From a virus (Duplodnaviria > Caudoviricetes): a stretch of DNA of 49,590 nucleotides. The notes beneath the pieces were generated by a model, which saw only the letters and a list, made by a program, of their open reading frames with translations, was not told the DNA's origin and did no database searches. The position numbers and the translations under genes are program-made. Shown here one piece after another: positions 35,601 through 45,150 of the stretch. Position 1 is the stretch's first letter. Every line of letters begins with the position of its first letter. The stretch lies in the IMG/VR virus record IMGVR_UViG_3300032216_001520, positions 1-49,590 of that record; one strand, written 5' to 3'.

Positions 35601-37475
35601 ATGTCAAACACATCAATCCAGTTAAAAAAATCAGGCATATCAGGTAACACACCAGTAGATTTAGTTCACGGTGAGGTTGCTTTAAACTATGCCGATGGAA
35701 GACTGTATTATAAAGATGGTGTAGATGGCCTATCATACATCTATAACCAAGATACTTTTGCAACTGTTAATGCTAACGGTTCTCTAGTAATCGCAAGTTC
35801 ACCTACAGACATACTATCAATTATTCCTGGTAATAATGTTAGTATCACGGCGAACAACTCATCAAAGACAATCAAATTTGATTCGACACCAACATTAACA
35901 CATGTAAACACGGCAGGTTATATTCTACCTGCCGACACTACTGTTCCTGGTGAACCTGTAGTCAACTTGAATGATGGACGTATGTTCATCCAGTTGGGTA
36001 ACGGAAAAGTTGTTGACATATCTTCAACACCAGTAGGTAAAACTTTTTATGTTTCAACTAATGGTAACGATGACCTAGTAGGTGATACACCTGGTTCTGC
36101 CAAGGCAACTATCAGAGCAGCCATCGCTGCAGCAAGTCCAGGTGATGCCGTGATTGTAACATCTGGAATCTATGTAGAGAAAACACCTATTATTATTCCA
36201 CAGAATGTACAAGTACAAGGTTCAGGTGAAAGAACTTGTATCATACAACCACAAACATCGGCCAATGATATCTTCTGGATGAATAACAATAGTTATGTCA
36301 CAGGTTTCAAATTCCAAAGTTACACAGGTTCAGCAATCGCTTTTCCAAATCGTGTAATTGCAACAGGTAACTTTGCTGATGTAAGTGGAAACACATTCTC
36401 ACTAATCGATATTGATCCAGAACCATATGACAACTACTATAACAGTATGTCTGTTACTATTACTTCTGGTACAGGTGTGGGACAAACGTCAAATATTATT
36501 GCATATAATGGTTCAACAAATATTGCCACACTAGATGTTGCATGGGCACCTGCTATACCAAACGAATCTTCTGTATTTGAATTGAAGATTCCACGGAGAA
36601 CTGTACCAGCGGCATCAAACAAACGATACTCAACCTATATTACCGGCAGTCCGTACATCTATAACAGTTCATCTGTAACAACTACTGGAACAGGTATTAA
36701 GGTTGACGGTGACTTGGCCACGGGTAACAAGAGTATGATATCTGCTCAGTTCACTCAGGTCAATTCTGGTGGTATAGGCATACACATTTTAAATGATGGT
36801 TACTCTCAGTTGGTTTCCATGTATAGTATATTCTGTGACATAGGATTCTTGGCAGAATCTGGTGGCACGGCATCTATGGGTAACTGTAACGTAAACTTTG
36901 GTAACAGAGGACTGGTTGCCAATGGTAAAGGCAAGTTAGCAATGACTGCTACTATTGCTAACACAAGCAACCAACAATCATATACGATAGACCTAAATAA
37001 TGTTGTAGCAAATACTGATTTAGGTATAGCAGCAACAATTCCATATACTGGTTTGATTATGTTGGTTGATGGTGATACAGCAGGTCAATATTATTCTGTA
37101 TCATCGGCAACTACATTGGTTGGTGGAAACACAACAGTAACTTTTGGTACTGCTGTGGCGAATTCATTTACAAGTGGAACAAATGTGTCGTTCTACCAAC
37201 AGAGTCAACTCAGAGCTTCTGGACAAACATTTGAATATGTTGGTGCAGGTACAGATATACATGCCATACCTAGATTAGGTGGCATAGCAAATTCTGAGAA
37301 TCAAATTGTTGTGATAGGTGAAGGTGCAGTGTATGCTACAGCGACAGACCAAAGTGGTAATTTTACTGTTTCTGATTTAACTATCAATCAAGAATCATCA
37401 ACGATTACCGGAAGAACATTTACGAAGAGTCTTTTTGCTGAATTGACTCCTTACATATTGGCACTAGAAGGTTAA
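35601..37475 (+). CDS. Virion protein with two Mtd_N-like motifs and a pectin-lyase-like beta-helix
   Basis: IQLKKS..GEVALNYADG.LYYK and GEPVVN.NDG.MF; FYVSTNGNDD..G....AKATI.AA, G.YVE..PI..P, SPYI.N, FTQ.N.GG.G, QLVS...I.C; ends TPYILALE. Confidence 0.78.
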   Translation: MSNTSIQLKKSGISGNTPVDLVHGEVALNYADGRLYYKDGVDGLSYIYNQDTFATVNANGSLVIASSPTDILSIIPGNNVSITANNSSKTIKFDSTPTLTHVNTAGYILPADTTVPGEPVVNLNDGRMFIQLGNGKVVDISSTPVGKTFYVSTNGNDDLVGDTPGSAKATIRAAIAAASPGDAVIVTSGIYVEKTPIIIPQNVQVQGSGERTCIIQPQTSANDIFWMNNNSYVTGFKFQSYTGSAIAFPNRVIATGNFADVSGNTFSLIDIDPEPYDNYYNSMSVTITSGTGVGQTSNIIAYNGSTNIATLDVAWAPAIPNESSVFELKIPRRTVPAASNKRYSTYITGSPYIYNSSSVTTTGTGIKVDGDLATGNKSMISAQFTQVNSGGIGIHILNDGYSQLVSMYSIFCDIGFLAESGGTASMGNCNVNFGNRGLVANGKGKLAMTATIANTSNQQSYTIDLNNVVANTDLGIAATIPYTGLIMLVDGDTAGQYYSVSSATTLVGGNTTVTFGTAVANSFTSGTNVSFYQQSQLRASGQTFEYVGAGTDIHAIPRLGGIANSENQIVVIGEGAVYATATDQSGNFTVSDLTINQESSTITGRTFTKSLFAELTPYILALEG

Positions 37476-37479
37476 TAAG

Positions 37480-37824
37480 ATGGCACAAATTCCATTAAAC
37501 ACATTTAAAACAACAACTTTTGATATACTAACATCGGAAGAAAATGTTTATACCACACCGGCTGGAGTCACGACAGTAGTTTTAATGGCACAGGTTGCAA
37601 ACATATCTGAAGAAACAATTCATATTTCAGCAAATCATGTTAGAGATTCACAAAAAACAGCAATCATTAAAGATGCTAGTGTTCCAACACATGATTCATT
37701 ATCTCTTTTGACAGGTAAATTAATATTACAAACTGGAGATACCTTCAGTATACAGGCAACCAACGGTACTACGGCTGGCCAATCTCAATTATTGTTGTCA
37801 TATCTAGAGACAGCAAATCAATAA
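37480..37824 (+). CDS. Small beta-sandwich virion adaptor (114 aa)
   Basis: PLNTFKT, VYT.P.G.TTVVLMAQVAN, GKLILQTGD, LSYLETAN pattern. Confidence 0.7.
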   Translation: MAQIPLNTFKTTTFDILTSEENVYTTPAGVTTVVLMAQVANISEETIHISANHVRDSQKTAIIKDASVPTHDSLSLLTGKLILQTGDTFSIQATNGTTAGQSQLLLSYLETANQ

Positions 37825-37827
37825 ACT

Positions 37828-38856
37828 ATGAGTACCAAATCAAGACTTACCAGCGGAAGAGTACCAGTAAGGGACTCGGCTAATGTCGAGTCCAGTAGAT
37901 ATCAGTTTTTGGATTTAAGTTCTGCTGAACCGAATTTAGGTACAAGTACCAATGGTGATATATTAACTTATAATACCACTTCTCCTGGTCAGAGACAATG
38001 GATTTCACAAACAAGTACTGCTAGTTATTTACTTGCACAAGATGCTTATAATGAAGCAAATACAAAGGTAAGTAAATCCGGCGATACAATGACCGGTGAC
38101 TTGAATGTTCAGTCGGCAAATGTCCGTGCTGACAATATCATTGTAAACAGAACTCTATATTCTGGTCTGGCCACGGCAGCTGCTACACCACTCCCTAACC
38201 TGATTGCACAGTTTACAGGTAACACCGACTCCTATGTACAGGTTAATGCACAGAACATTGACCCACATGGTTCTGCTGACTTTGTGGTTACTGCTGACGT
38301 TGGTAATGATACTACATTCTATATTGATATGGGTATCCAAGGTTCTCAATTAGAACAAGGTGCCTTATATCCATTGGATGGTTATCTACTTGTACAAGGC
38401 AACACAGGACAACTTGGTGGTAACCTTGTAATTGGTACATTAACACAGACAGAACAAAGTCAGGCAATACATTTTGTTGTTGGTGGAAATGAAGAAAGTA
38501 ATGTAGTCGTTGTTATGAATGCCAACGAAATGAATGTCAAAACTGACATATATATTTCTGGTAACATTGCTACACCACAACATTCAAATCTAGAAGGTTT
38601 CACACAGGCTGCCTTCAATAAAGCAAACTCAGCCTACACATTAGCACAGAACGCATACGAACAAGCAAATACTGGTGGTGGTACCGGTGGTGTTAGTGTA
38701 ACCACATTGTTCCATTTCCCAACTGGTGATTATGGATATGTATTAGAATCTCTATACGGTGGCGATGGTATGGAAAATATCAGTCCAATGTACGATATGA
38801 GGATTGATCCTGTTGTAGCAGGTTTAATCTCGATAGACCTCGGAAGCGTAGCATAA
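37828..38856 (+). CDS. Fibre connector protein ending IDLGSVA
   Basis: SGRV, L..AEPNLG, V.KSGDTMTGDL, short ANSA segment, C-terminal DYG and DLG motifs. Confidence 0.72.
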   Translation: MSTKSRLTSGRVPVRDSANVESSRYQFLDLSSAEPNLGTSTNGDILTYNTTSPGQRQWISQTSTASYLLAQDAYNEANTKVSKSGDTMTGDLNVQSANVRADNIIVNRTLYSGLATAAATPLPNLIAQFTGNTDSYVQVNAQNIDPHGSADFVVTADVGNDTTFYIDMGIQGSQLEQGALYPLDGYLLVQGNTGQLGGNLVIGTLTQTEQSQAIHFVVGGNEESNVVVVMNANEMNVKTDIYISGNIATPQHSNLEGFTQAAFNKANSAYTLAQNAYEQANTGGGTGGVSVTTLFHFPTGDYGYVLESLYGGDGMENISPMYDMRIDPVVAGLISIDLGSVA

Positions 38857-38859
38857 ATA
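38853..38859 (+). promoter_or_regulatory. Late promoter (ATAAATA)
   Basis: Overlaps the stop codon, upstream of 38889. Confidence 0.6.
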
Positions 38860-38888
38860 AATAAGAAGTCATATTAGGAATTTAAAGA

Positions 38889-41800
38889 ATGCCAACACAA
38901 TTACAATTCAGACGAGGTAATACCGCACAGACTGCCATATTTACTGGTGCTGTGGCGGAACTTACCGTAGATACAGACAAACAAACCATTGTTGTACATG
39001 ACGGTGTAACTACTGGTGGTAATCCTCTTGCTACAATGTCATTTGCTCAGGCTGCCTATGATGCAGCCAACAATGCTGGTTCAAATGATATTGTTACATC
39101 AGCATTCTTAAAAGCAAATGCAGCATTCGTACAGGCCAATGCAGCATATTACAGTCAAAATACTACAGGCGTATATGCTAACTCAGCGTATGGTCAGGCA
39201 AATACAGCAACACTCCTCGCTCAGTCTGCCTACGATTCTGCTAATAATGTAACTCCACAAATTCAGCCTTCATTTAATAAAGCTAATGCTGCTTTTGATG
39301 CGGCAAATACAGCATATACCGCTGCATCTAATTCTTATAACTTCACTACACAAGTTAACCTGTTTGCCAATGCGTCATTTGAACAGGCAAATTCTGCTGC
39401 ATCATATGCTAACGGTGCTTTCCGTCAAGCCAATGCATCGTTTAACACAGCCAATTCTGCTGGTTCATACGCTAACTCCTCTTTTGTACAAGCCAATTCA
39501 GCATTCTCTGTAGCAAACAACGCAGTACCTAAGGCAGGCGGTACGATGACTGGTGATTTGCTGATGACAGCAAATATTGTACCAACAGTATCAAATACTT
39601 ATTACTTGGGTAGTCCAGATAAAGTTTGGCATTCTATCTATGTTGGTCCAGGTTCTATCAATATTGATGGTATCACACTCAGTAATACTGGTGGTTCACT
39701 TGTAGTTACTACTGCAAGCGGTACATCATCTGACGTACAACAAATTTATAATGCTGCCAATTCAGCAGGTTCATATGCTAACTCTGCCTTCCTTGGTGCC
39801 AATGCAGCATTTGGTCAAGCAAACTCAGCAGCATCATATGCCAACTCTGCCTTCTCAGCGGCTAACACCGCAGATTCTAAGGCAGTCACAGCAGGTTCAT
39901 ATGCCAACTCTGCCTTCTCAGCGGCTAACACCGCAGATTCTAAGGCAGTCACAGCAGGTTCATATGCTAATTCAGCATATACCGCAGCAAATACGGCAGA
40001 CTCTAAGGCTGTATCGGCAGGTTCATATGCCAATTCGGCATTTGTTACTGCCAATTCTGCTGGTTCATATGCTAATTCTGCCTTCTCAGCAGCTAATTCA
40101 AAATTCAGTTCATCTGGTGGTACAATCACAGGTGATACAACTGTTACTGGTAATCTTACTGTAACTGGTACAACATTCTACGCCAATACAGTTAACTTAC
40201 TTGTTCAAGATAACATCATTACATTGAACTCTAATGTAACTGGTACACCAACACAAGATTCTGGTGTTGAAGTTAATCGTGGTAATCAAGCAAACACATC
40301 TTTAGTATGGAAAGAATCTGTAAAATCTTGGCAGTTCACTAATGATGGTACAACATATAGTAACATAGCATCTTCATCAGCAGAAACATATGCCAACTCG
40401 GCATTTGGTAAAGCAAATGCTTCGTTTGGTACTGCTAACTCAGCAGCACTATATGCTAACGCAGCATTTGCACAAGCCAATGCAGCATTCGAATCAGCAA
40501 ACAACGTAGCACCACAAGTTGCGCCAGCATTTGGTACTGCTAACTCTGCAGCATTGTATGCTAATTCGGCATTTGTGCAAGCCAATTCTGCTTTTGGTAC
40601 TGCCAACTCAGCAGCAAGTTATGGTAACTCTGCCTTTACCGCAGCAAACACAGCCGATTCTAAGGCAGTTACTGCTGGTTCATATGCCAACTCGGCATTC
40701 ACAACTGCTAATACTGCTGTAAGTAATGCAGCAGGTGCTTCTCTGTATGCTAATGGTGCTTTCACACAAGCAAACGCAGCATTCACGGCAGCCAATACTG
40801 CTGACTCTAAGGCAGTCACATCTGGTTCTTATGCTAACTCAGCATTTAGTACCGCTAATTCTGCTAGTGTATATGCCAACGGTGCCTTCTTACAAGCAAA
40901 TGCTTCTTACGGTCAGGCAAATTCTGCTGGTTCTTATGCTAACTCTGCTTTCACGGCAGCCAATACAGCAGATAGCAAAGCAGTTACTGCTGGTTCTTAT
41001 GCCAATTCGGCTTTCTCTGCTGCCAATACGGCAGACTCTAAGGCTGTATCAGCAGGTTCATACGCTAATGCCGCTTTCTTACAGGCAAATTCAGCATACA
41101 GTAAAGCAAATACAAATGCTAGTGACATTACCACAATTCAAGGTGTCGACCTTACACAGAATACAAACATTACTGCTGCTGATACAAAAGCACAAGCTGC
41201 TTATAACAAAGCAAATACTGGTGGCACATTAACTGGTGCCACACATATCACCGATACAACACAATCAACCACAGATACAAACGGTGCATTGATTGTTGAT
41301 GGTGGTCTTGGTGTTGCCAAGAATTTGAATGTTGGTGGTGATGCAGTTATTACAGGTTCATTGACAGTTGTTGGTGGTACAACATCAACATCTTCCACAA
41401 CTATTACATACGCAAATCCATACATATCATTACACGATCCAGCTGGTAATACATACATATCAACTAATGATGGTGTAGATATTGGTGTTCAATATGAATA
41501 TTTTGATGATGTAGGTGCAGCATGTGTTGTTACAGGTGGTTCTGGTAACGGAACAACAGCAACACTTACTATATCAGATAGATTTATTTCACCAGTTGGT
41601 GAAGTGATACAAATTTCTGGTGTATCACCATCAGGTTTCAATGGTTCATATGTTGTTACAGCATCAAGTGCAGGTTCAGTTTCGTTCTTAAATCCAACAA
41701 ATGCTTCTGTTGTTACATCAGGCGCTTTGGGTAATGCAAAACGAATAACACAAGTACCATTAAATTCAGGTACTTGGTCATCACAAGATGCTAATGTAGC

Positions 41801-44555
41801 ATTCACAGATGGTGCAACAGGTTGCACATTGCCTACAGGTAAATGGGTAACTATTACAGGTTGCACGCCGGCAAAATACAATGGAACATACTTGATTAAA
41901 ACATCGGGTCCAGGTTATATTACCTACACAATCGGTAATCCAAATCCAGGATCGATAACAGTTGCCGGTACAATGATATTGGCCAATCGTCATGCCTTCT
42001 CTGGCTGGGCAAATGATTCAGGTTCTTTTGAGTTCTACAAAGCAGGTGATTTTGATGCAACAGGTTCATTTGGTGGTCTGTATGGCAGTATCAAGGCAGG
42101 CAAGTTAATTGCTTCAGCACCACAATCAATAAGTGCTGCCGACTTAACTGCTGGTGGTTTCTTACAAGTACCAACAACAAAAATTTATGATGTTACATCA
42201 GCACCAAATGCAACTGTTGCACAAGTTGCTTCTGTTGCTAGTCTTGGTGTTGTAACAATTGATGCAGCAAATACAGGTATAACATATACCAACGGCGCAA
42301 CATTGTATATTGCTGGGGCACCTGTTGCTGGTAACAATACTACTTTTGCTGGTAATACATACTCACTTGAAGTTGCTTCTGGTAAGACATGGTTCGGTGG
42401 TGATGTAGAATTCCATACTGCTAACGGTATCACATTCTATGACTCTACTAAACAGTCTACGGCTGCTGCACCATACGCATACTCAAACGCTTCGTTCTTA
42501 CAGGCAAATACAGGATTCGGTACTGCCAACTCAGCAGCAACTTATGCTAACGGTGCTTTCTTACAAGCAAATGCTTCGTTTGGTACTGCCAATTCTTCAG
42601 CATCATATGCTAACTCTGCTTTCTTGGCTGCCAATACGGCAGATTCTAAGGCAGTCACCGCTGGTAACTACGCTAACTCAGCATATACTCAGGCAAATAC
42701 TGCAACAACCAATGCAGCAACAGCTGATGCCAAGGCAGTAACAGCTGGTTCATATGCCAATTCTGCTTACACACAAGCAAATACAGCAACCACTAACGCA
42801 GCAACTGCCGATTCTAAGGCAGTCACAGCAGGTAACTATGCTAACTCAGCATACACACAGGCAAATACTGCTACTACAAATGCTGCTACGGCAGATGCCA
42901 AGGCAGTTACTGCTGGTTCATACGCTAACGCTGCCTTCTTACAAGCAAATACAGGATTTGGTACTGCTAACTCCGCTGCAAGTTATGCTAACTCTGCCTT
43001 CTTGGCTGCTAATACGGCAGATTCTAAGGCAGTAACATCAGGTTCATATGCTAACTCTGCTTTCTCAGCTGCCAATACTGCTGACTCTAAGGCCGTAAGT
43101 GCTGGTTCATATGCCAATTCATCATTCACAACTGCTAACTCGGCAGGTTCATATGCCAACTCAGCATTTACGTCTGCTAACTCTGCTGGATCATATGCCA
43201 ACTCGGCCTTTGTACAGGCAAACTCAGCATTCACAACTGCTAATAACGCACTACCAAAAGCAGGTGGTACAATTACTGGTGACTTGGCCATTAGCGGTAA
43301 CTTAACTGTCTCTGGTACTCAGACATTTGTTAATACAACAACTGTAAGTACAAATGATTCATTGATTCAATTGGCTGCCAATAATACAGTAGGCGATGCA
43401 GTTGATATCGGTTTCTATGGTGTAGTAAATACAGGCTCAGTAACCTATACAGGTCTTGCTCGTCAAGCAGGTACAAATACATATCTGTTGTTCAAAGGAT
43501 TACAAAACAATCCTACAGGCAACTCTCTGGCTGCTGGTTCATTGACCGCAGCAAATGCCGCTACATTGGTTGCTAACGTAGCAGGTTACTCTATCACAAG
43601 TAACGGTGTAGATTTATTCGTATACACAACAAATGCCTACACACAGGCAAATACTGGTGTAACCAACGCAGCAACAGCAGATGCCAAGGCAGTTACTGCT
43701 GGCAGTTATGCCAACTCAGCATTCGGTACTGCTAACTCAGCAGCAAGTTATGCCAACTCTGCCTTCTCAGCTGCTAATACTGCTGACTCTAAGGCAGTTA
43801 CTGCTGGCAGTTATGCTAACTCTGCCTACACTCAGGCAAACACAGCAACTACGAATGCCGCTACGGCAGATTCTAAGGCAGTTACTGCTGGATCGTATGC
43901 CAATTCAGCATACACACAAGCAAATACTGCCACAACAAATGCCGCTACGGCAGATGCCAAGGCAGTAACAGCAGGCTCATACGCTAACTCAGCATTTGGT
44001 ACTGCCAATTCTGCCGCTTCTTATGCCAACTCAGCATTCTTACAGGCAAATACAGGATTTGGTACTGCTAACTCAGCAGCAACTTACGCTAACGGTGCTT
44101 TCTTACAGGCTAATTCAGCATTCACAACTGCTAACAACGCCTTACCTAAAGCAGGTGGTGCATTAAGTGGTGTCGTTTCTTCTAACAGTTTGATTGTTGC
44201 TTCGTCATTAACATCTAATACTACCATCTCATTGAATGGTGTTGGATACAATACAAGTAACACATTTACCACATCAAGTGTATCACAAGTTACGGTCGAC
44301 TCTTTTGCAACGACTACATATAGGAGTGCTAAGTACTTTGTACAGATGACTTCTAGTACAAATTACCATGTAATTGAGTTATCAATAGTACATGATGGCA
44401 CAACTGTTTCAATGGCACAATATGGTGAAGTATTTACGAGTGCATCATTGGGTACCTTTGATGCAAGTATTTCAACTGGTATAGTAAACTTATTGTTCAC
44501 ACCAACAAATTCTGCAACAACAGTTAAACTAGTGAGAACAAATATTGTAGTGTAA
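38889..44555 (+). CDS. Giant fibre protein (1888 aa): Mtd_N-like N-terminus, Ala/Asn-rich heptad stalks, C-terminal RSAKY domain
   Basis: MPTQLQFRRG....FTG...ELTVDTDK..VVHDG; many ANSAF/ANTA heptads; LPKAGGT.TG.L nodes; DSF....YRSAKY.VQ...HDG....QYG C-terminus. Confidence 0.85.
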   Translation: MPTQLQFRRGNTAQTAIFTGAVAELTVDTDKQTIVVHDGVTTGGNPLATMSFAQAAYDAANNAGSNDIVTSAFLKANAAFVQANAAYYSQNTTGVYANSAYGQANTATLLAQSAYDSANNVTPQIQPSFNKANAAFDAANTAYTAASNSYNFTTQVNLFANASFEQANSAASYANGAFRQANASFNTANSAGSYANSSFVQANSAFSVANNAVPKAGGTMTGDLLMTANIVPTVSNTYYLGSPDKVWHSIYVGPGSINIDGITLSNTGGSLVVTTASGTSSDVQQIYNAANSAGSYANSAFLGANAAFGQANSAASYANSAFSAANTADSKAVTAGSYANSAFSAANTADSKAVTAGSYANSAYTAANTADSKAVSAGSYANSAFVTANSAGSYANSAFSAANSKFSSSGGTITGDTTVTGNLTVTGTTFYANTVNLLVQDNIITLNSNVTGTPTQDSGVEVNRGNQANTSLVWKESVKSWQFTNDGTTYSNIASSSAETYANSAFGKANASFGTANSAALYANAAFAQANAAFESANNVAPQVAPAFGTANSAALYANSAFVQANSAFGTANSAASYGNSAFTAANTADSKAVTAGSYANSAFTTANTAVSNAAGASLYANGAFTQANAAFTAANTADSKAVTSGSYANSAFSTANSASVYANGAFLQANASYGQANSAGSYANSAFTAANTADSKAVTAGSYANSAFSAANTADSKAVSAGSYANAAFLQANSAYSKANTNASDITTIQGVDLTQNTNITAADTKAQAAYNKANTGGTLTGATHITDTTQSTTDTNGALIVDGGLGVAKNLNVGGDAVITGSLTVVGGTTSTSSTTITYANPYISLHDPAGNTYISTNDGVDIGVQYEYFDDVGAACVVTGGSGNGTTATLTISDRFISPVGEVIQISGVSPSGFNGSYVVTASSAGSVSFLNPTNASVVTSGALGNAKRITQVPLNSGTWSSQDANVAFTDGATGCTLPTGKWVTITGCTPAKYNGTYLIKTSGPGYITYTIGNPNPGSITVAGTMILANRHAFSGWANDSGSFEFYKAGDFDATGSFGGLYGSIKAGKLIASAPQSISAADLTAGGFLQVPTTKIYDVTSAPNATVAQVASVASLGVVTIDAANTGITYTNGATLYIAGAPVAGNNTTFAGNTYSLEVASGKTWFGGDVEFHTANGITFYDSTKQSTAAAPYAYSNASFLQANTGFGTANSAATYANGAFLQANASFGTANSSASYANSAFLAANTADSKAVTAGNYANSAYTQANTATTNAATADAKAVTAGSYANSAYTQANTATTNAATADSKAVTAGNYANSAYTQANTATTNAATADAKAVTAGSYANAAFLQANTGFGTANSAASYANSAFLAANTADSKAVTSGSYANSAFSAANTADSKAVSAGSYANSSFTTANSAGSYANSAFTSANSAGSYANSAFVQANSAFTTANNALPKAGGTITGDLAISGNLTVSGTQTFVNTTTVSTNDSLIQLAANNTVGDAVDIGFYGVVNTGSVTYTGLARQAGTNTYLLFKGLQNNPTGNSLAAGSLTAANAATLVANVAGYSITSNGVDLFVYTTNAYTQANTGVTNAATADAKAVTAGSYANSAFGTANSAASYANSAFSAANTADSKAVTAGSYANSAYTQANTATTNAATADSKAVTAGSYANSAYTQANTATTNAATADAKAVTAGSYANSAFGTANSAASYANSAFLQANTGFGTANSAATYANGAFLQANSAFTTANNALPKAGGALSGVVSSNSLIVASSLTSNTTISLNGVGYNTSNTFTTSSVSQVTVDSFATTTYRSAKYFVQMTSSTNYHVIELSIVHDGTTVSMAQYGEVFTSASLGTFDASISTGIVNLLFTPTNSATTVKLVRTNIVV
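39834..39967 (+). repeat. Perfect 63-bp tandem duplication within the ANSA stalk
   Basis: TCATATGCCAACTCTGCCTTCTCAGCGGCTAACACCGCAGATTCTAAGGCAGTCACAGCAGGT twice, plus TCATATGC. Confidence 0.9.
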
Positions 44556-44579
44556 TTTTATTTTGAAAGTGAGTATATT

Positions 44580-45149
44580 ATGAGAGGTGAATGGTGTTAC
44601 TTTAAGAACCATTTTACTCCTGAGGAATGCAAATCAATCCTAGAAATGGGATTATTATTGCCTGCTCAGGAGGCAAAATTAGGACCAGATGGTGAAGCCC
44701 AGCACGATAGCTGGCGCAAAAGCAAAATACGTTTTATCAAAAAAGAACATACTCAATTTGAGTGGTTGTTTGATAGAATGTGGAAGATGGCCATTCGTGC
44801 CAATGATGACTGGTTTGATTTTCATTTATCAAAGATTGACTACATGCAACTGGCAGAATACGACTCTGCCTATCAAGGTGAATACAAAAAACACCACGAT
44901 GTATTCTGGATGAACAACGATCCAAAATACCATAGAAAAGTCTCCGCTGTCGTACAACTTACCGATCCATCCGAATATGAAGGTGGTAACTTTGAGGTAT
45001 TTGCCGACCAGAAGCCAAATGCCGATGAACTACGTACACAAGGCACAGCAATCTTTATTCCCTCGTTCCTAGACCACCAGGCGACTCAGGTTACATCTGG
45101 TGTTAGATACAGTCTAGCGTGTTGGTTCGATGGTCCTAAGTGGAAGTAA
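44580..45149 (+). CDS. 2OG-Fe(II) dioxygenase (prolyl-hydroxylase/PKHD-like)
   Basis: R.S, Q.AEY, HxD (HHD), RKVS.VVQL.DP.EYEGG, F.PSF..H..T.VT.G.RYSL..W..GP. Confidence 0.92.
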   Translation: MRGEWCYFKNHFTPEECKSILEMGLLLPAQEAKLGPDGEAQHDSWRKSKIRFIKKEHTQFEWLFDRMWKMAIRANDDWFDFHLSKIDYMQLAEYDSAYQGEYKKHHDVFWMNNDPKYHRKVSAVVQLTDPSEYEGGNFEVFADQKPNADELRTQGTAIFIPSFLDHQATQVTSGVRYSLACWFDGPKWK

Positions 45150-45150
45150 T

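Noticed and set aside
39090-44140. Regularly recurring DNA repeats resembling a CRISPR array
   Set aside because: Units are multiples of 21 bp, in frame, vary at synonymous positions and have no unique spacers; no cas genes. They are coding repeats.
30927-44555. Diversity-generating retroelement suggested by Mtd_N-like domains
   Set aside because: No reverse transcriptase, no C-type lectin variable region and no TR/VR pair differing at adenines is visible in the window.
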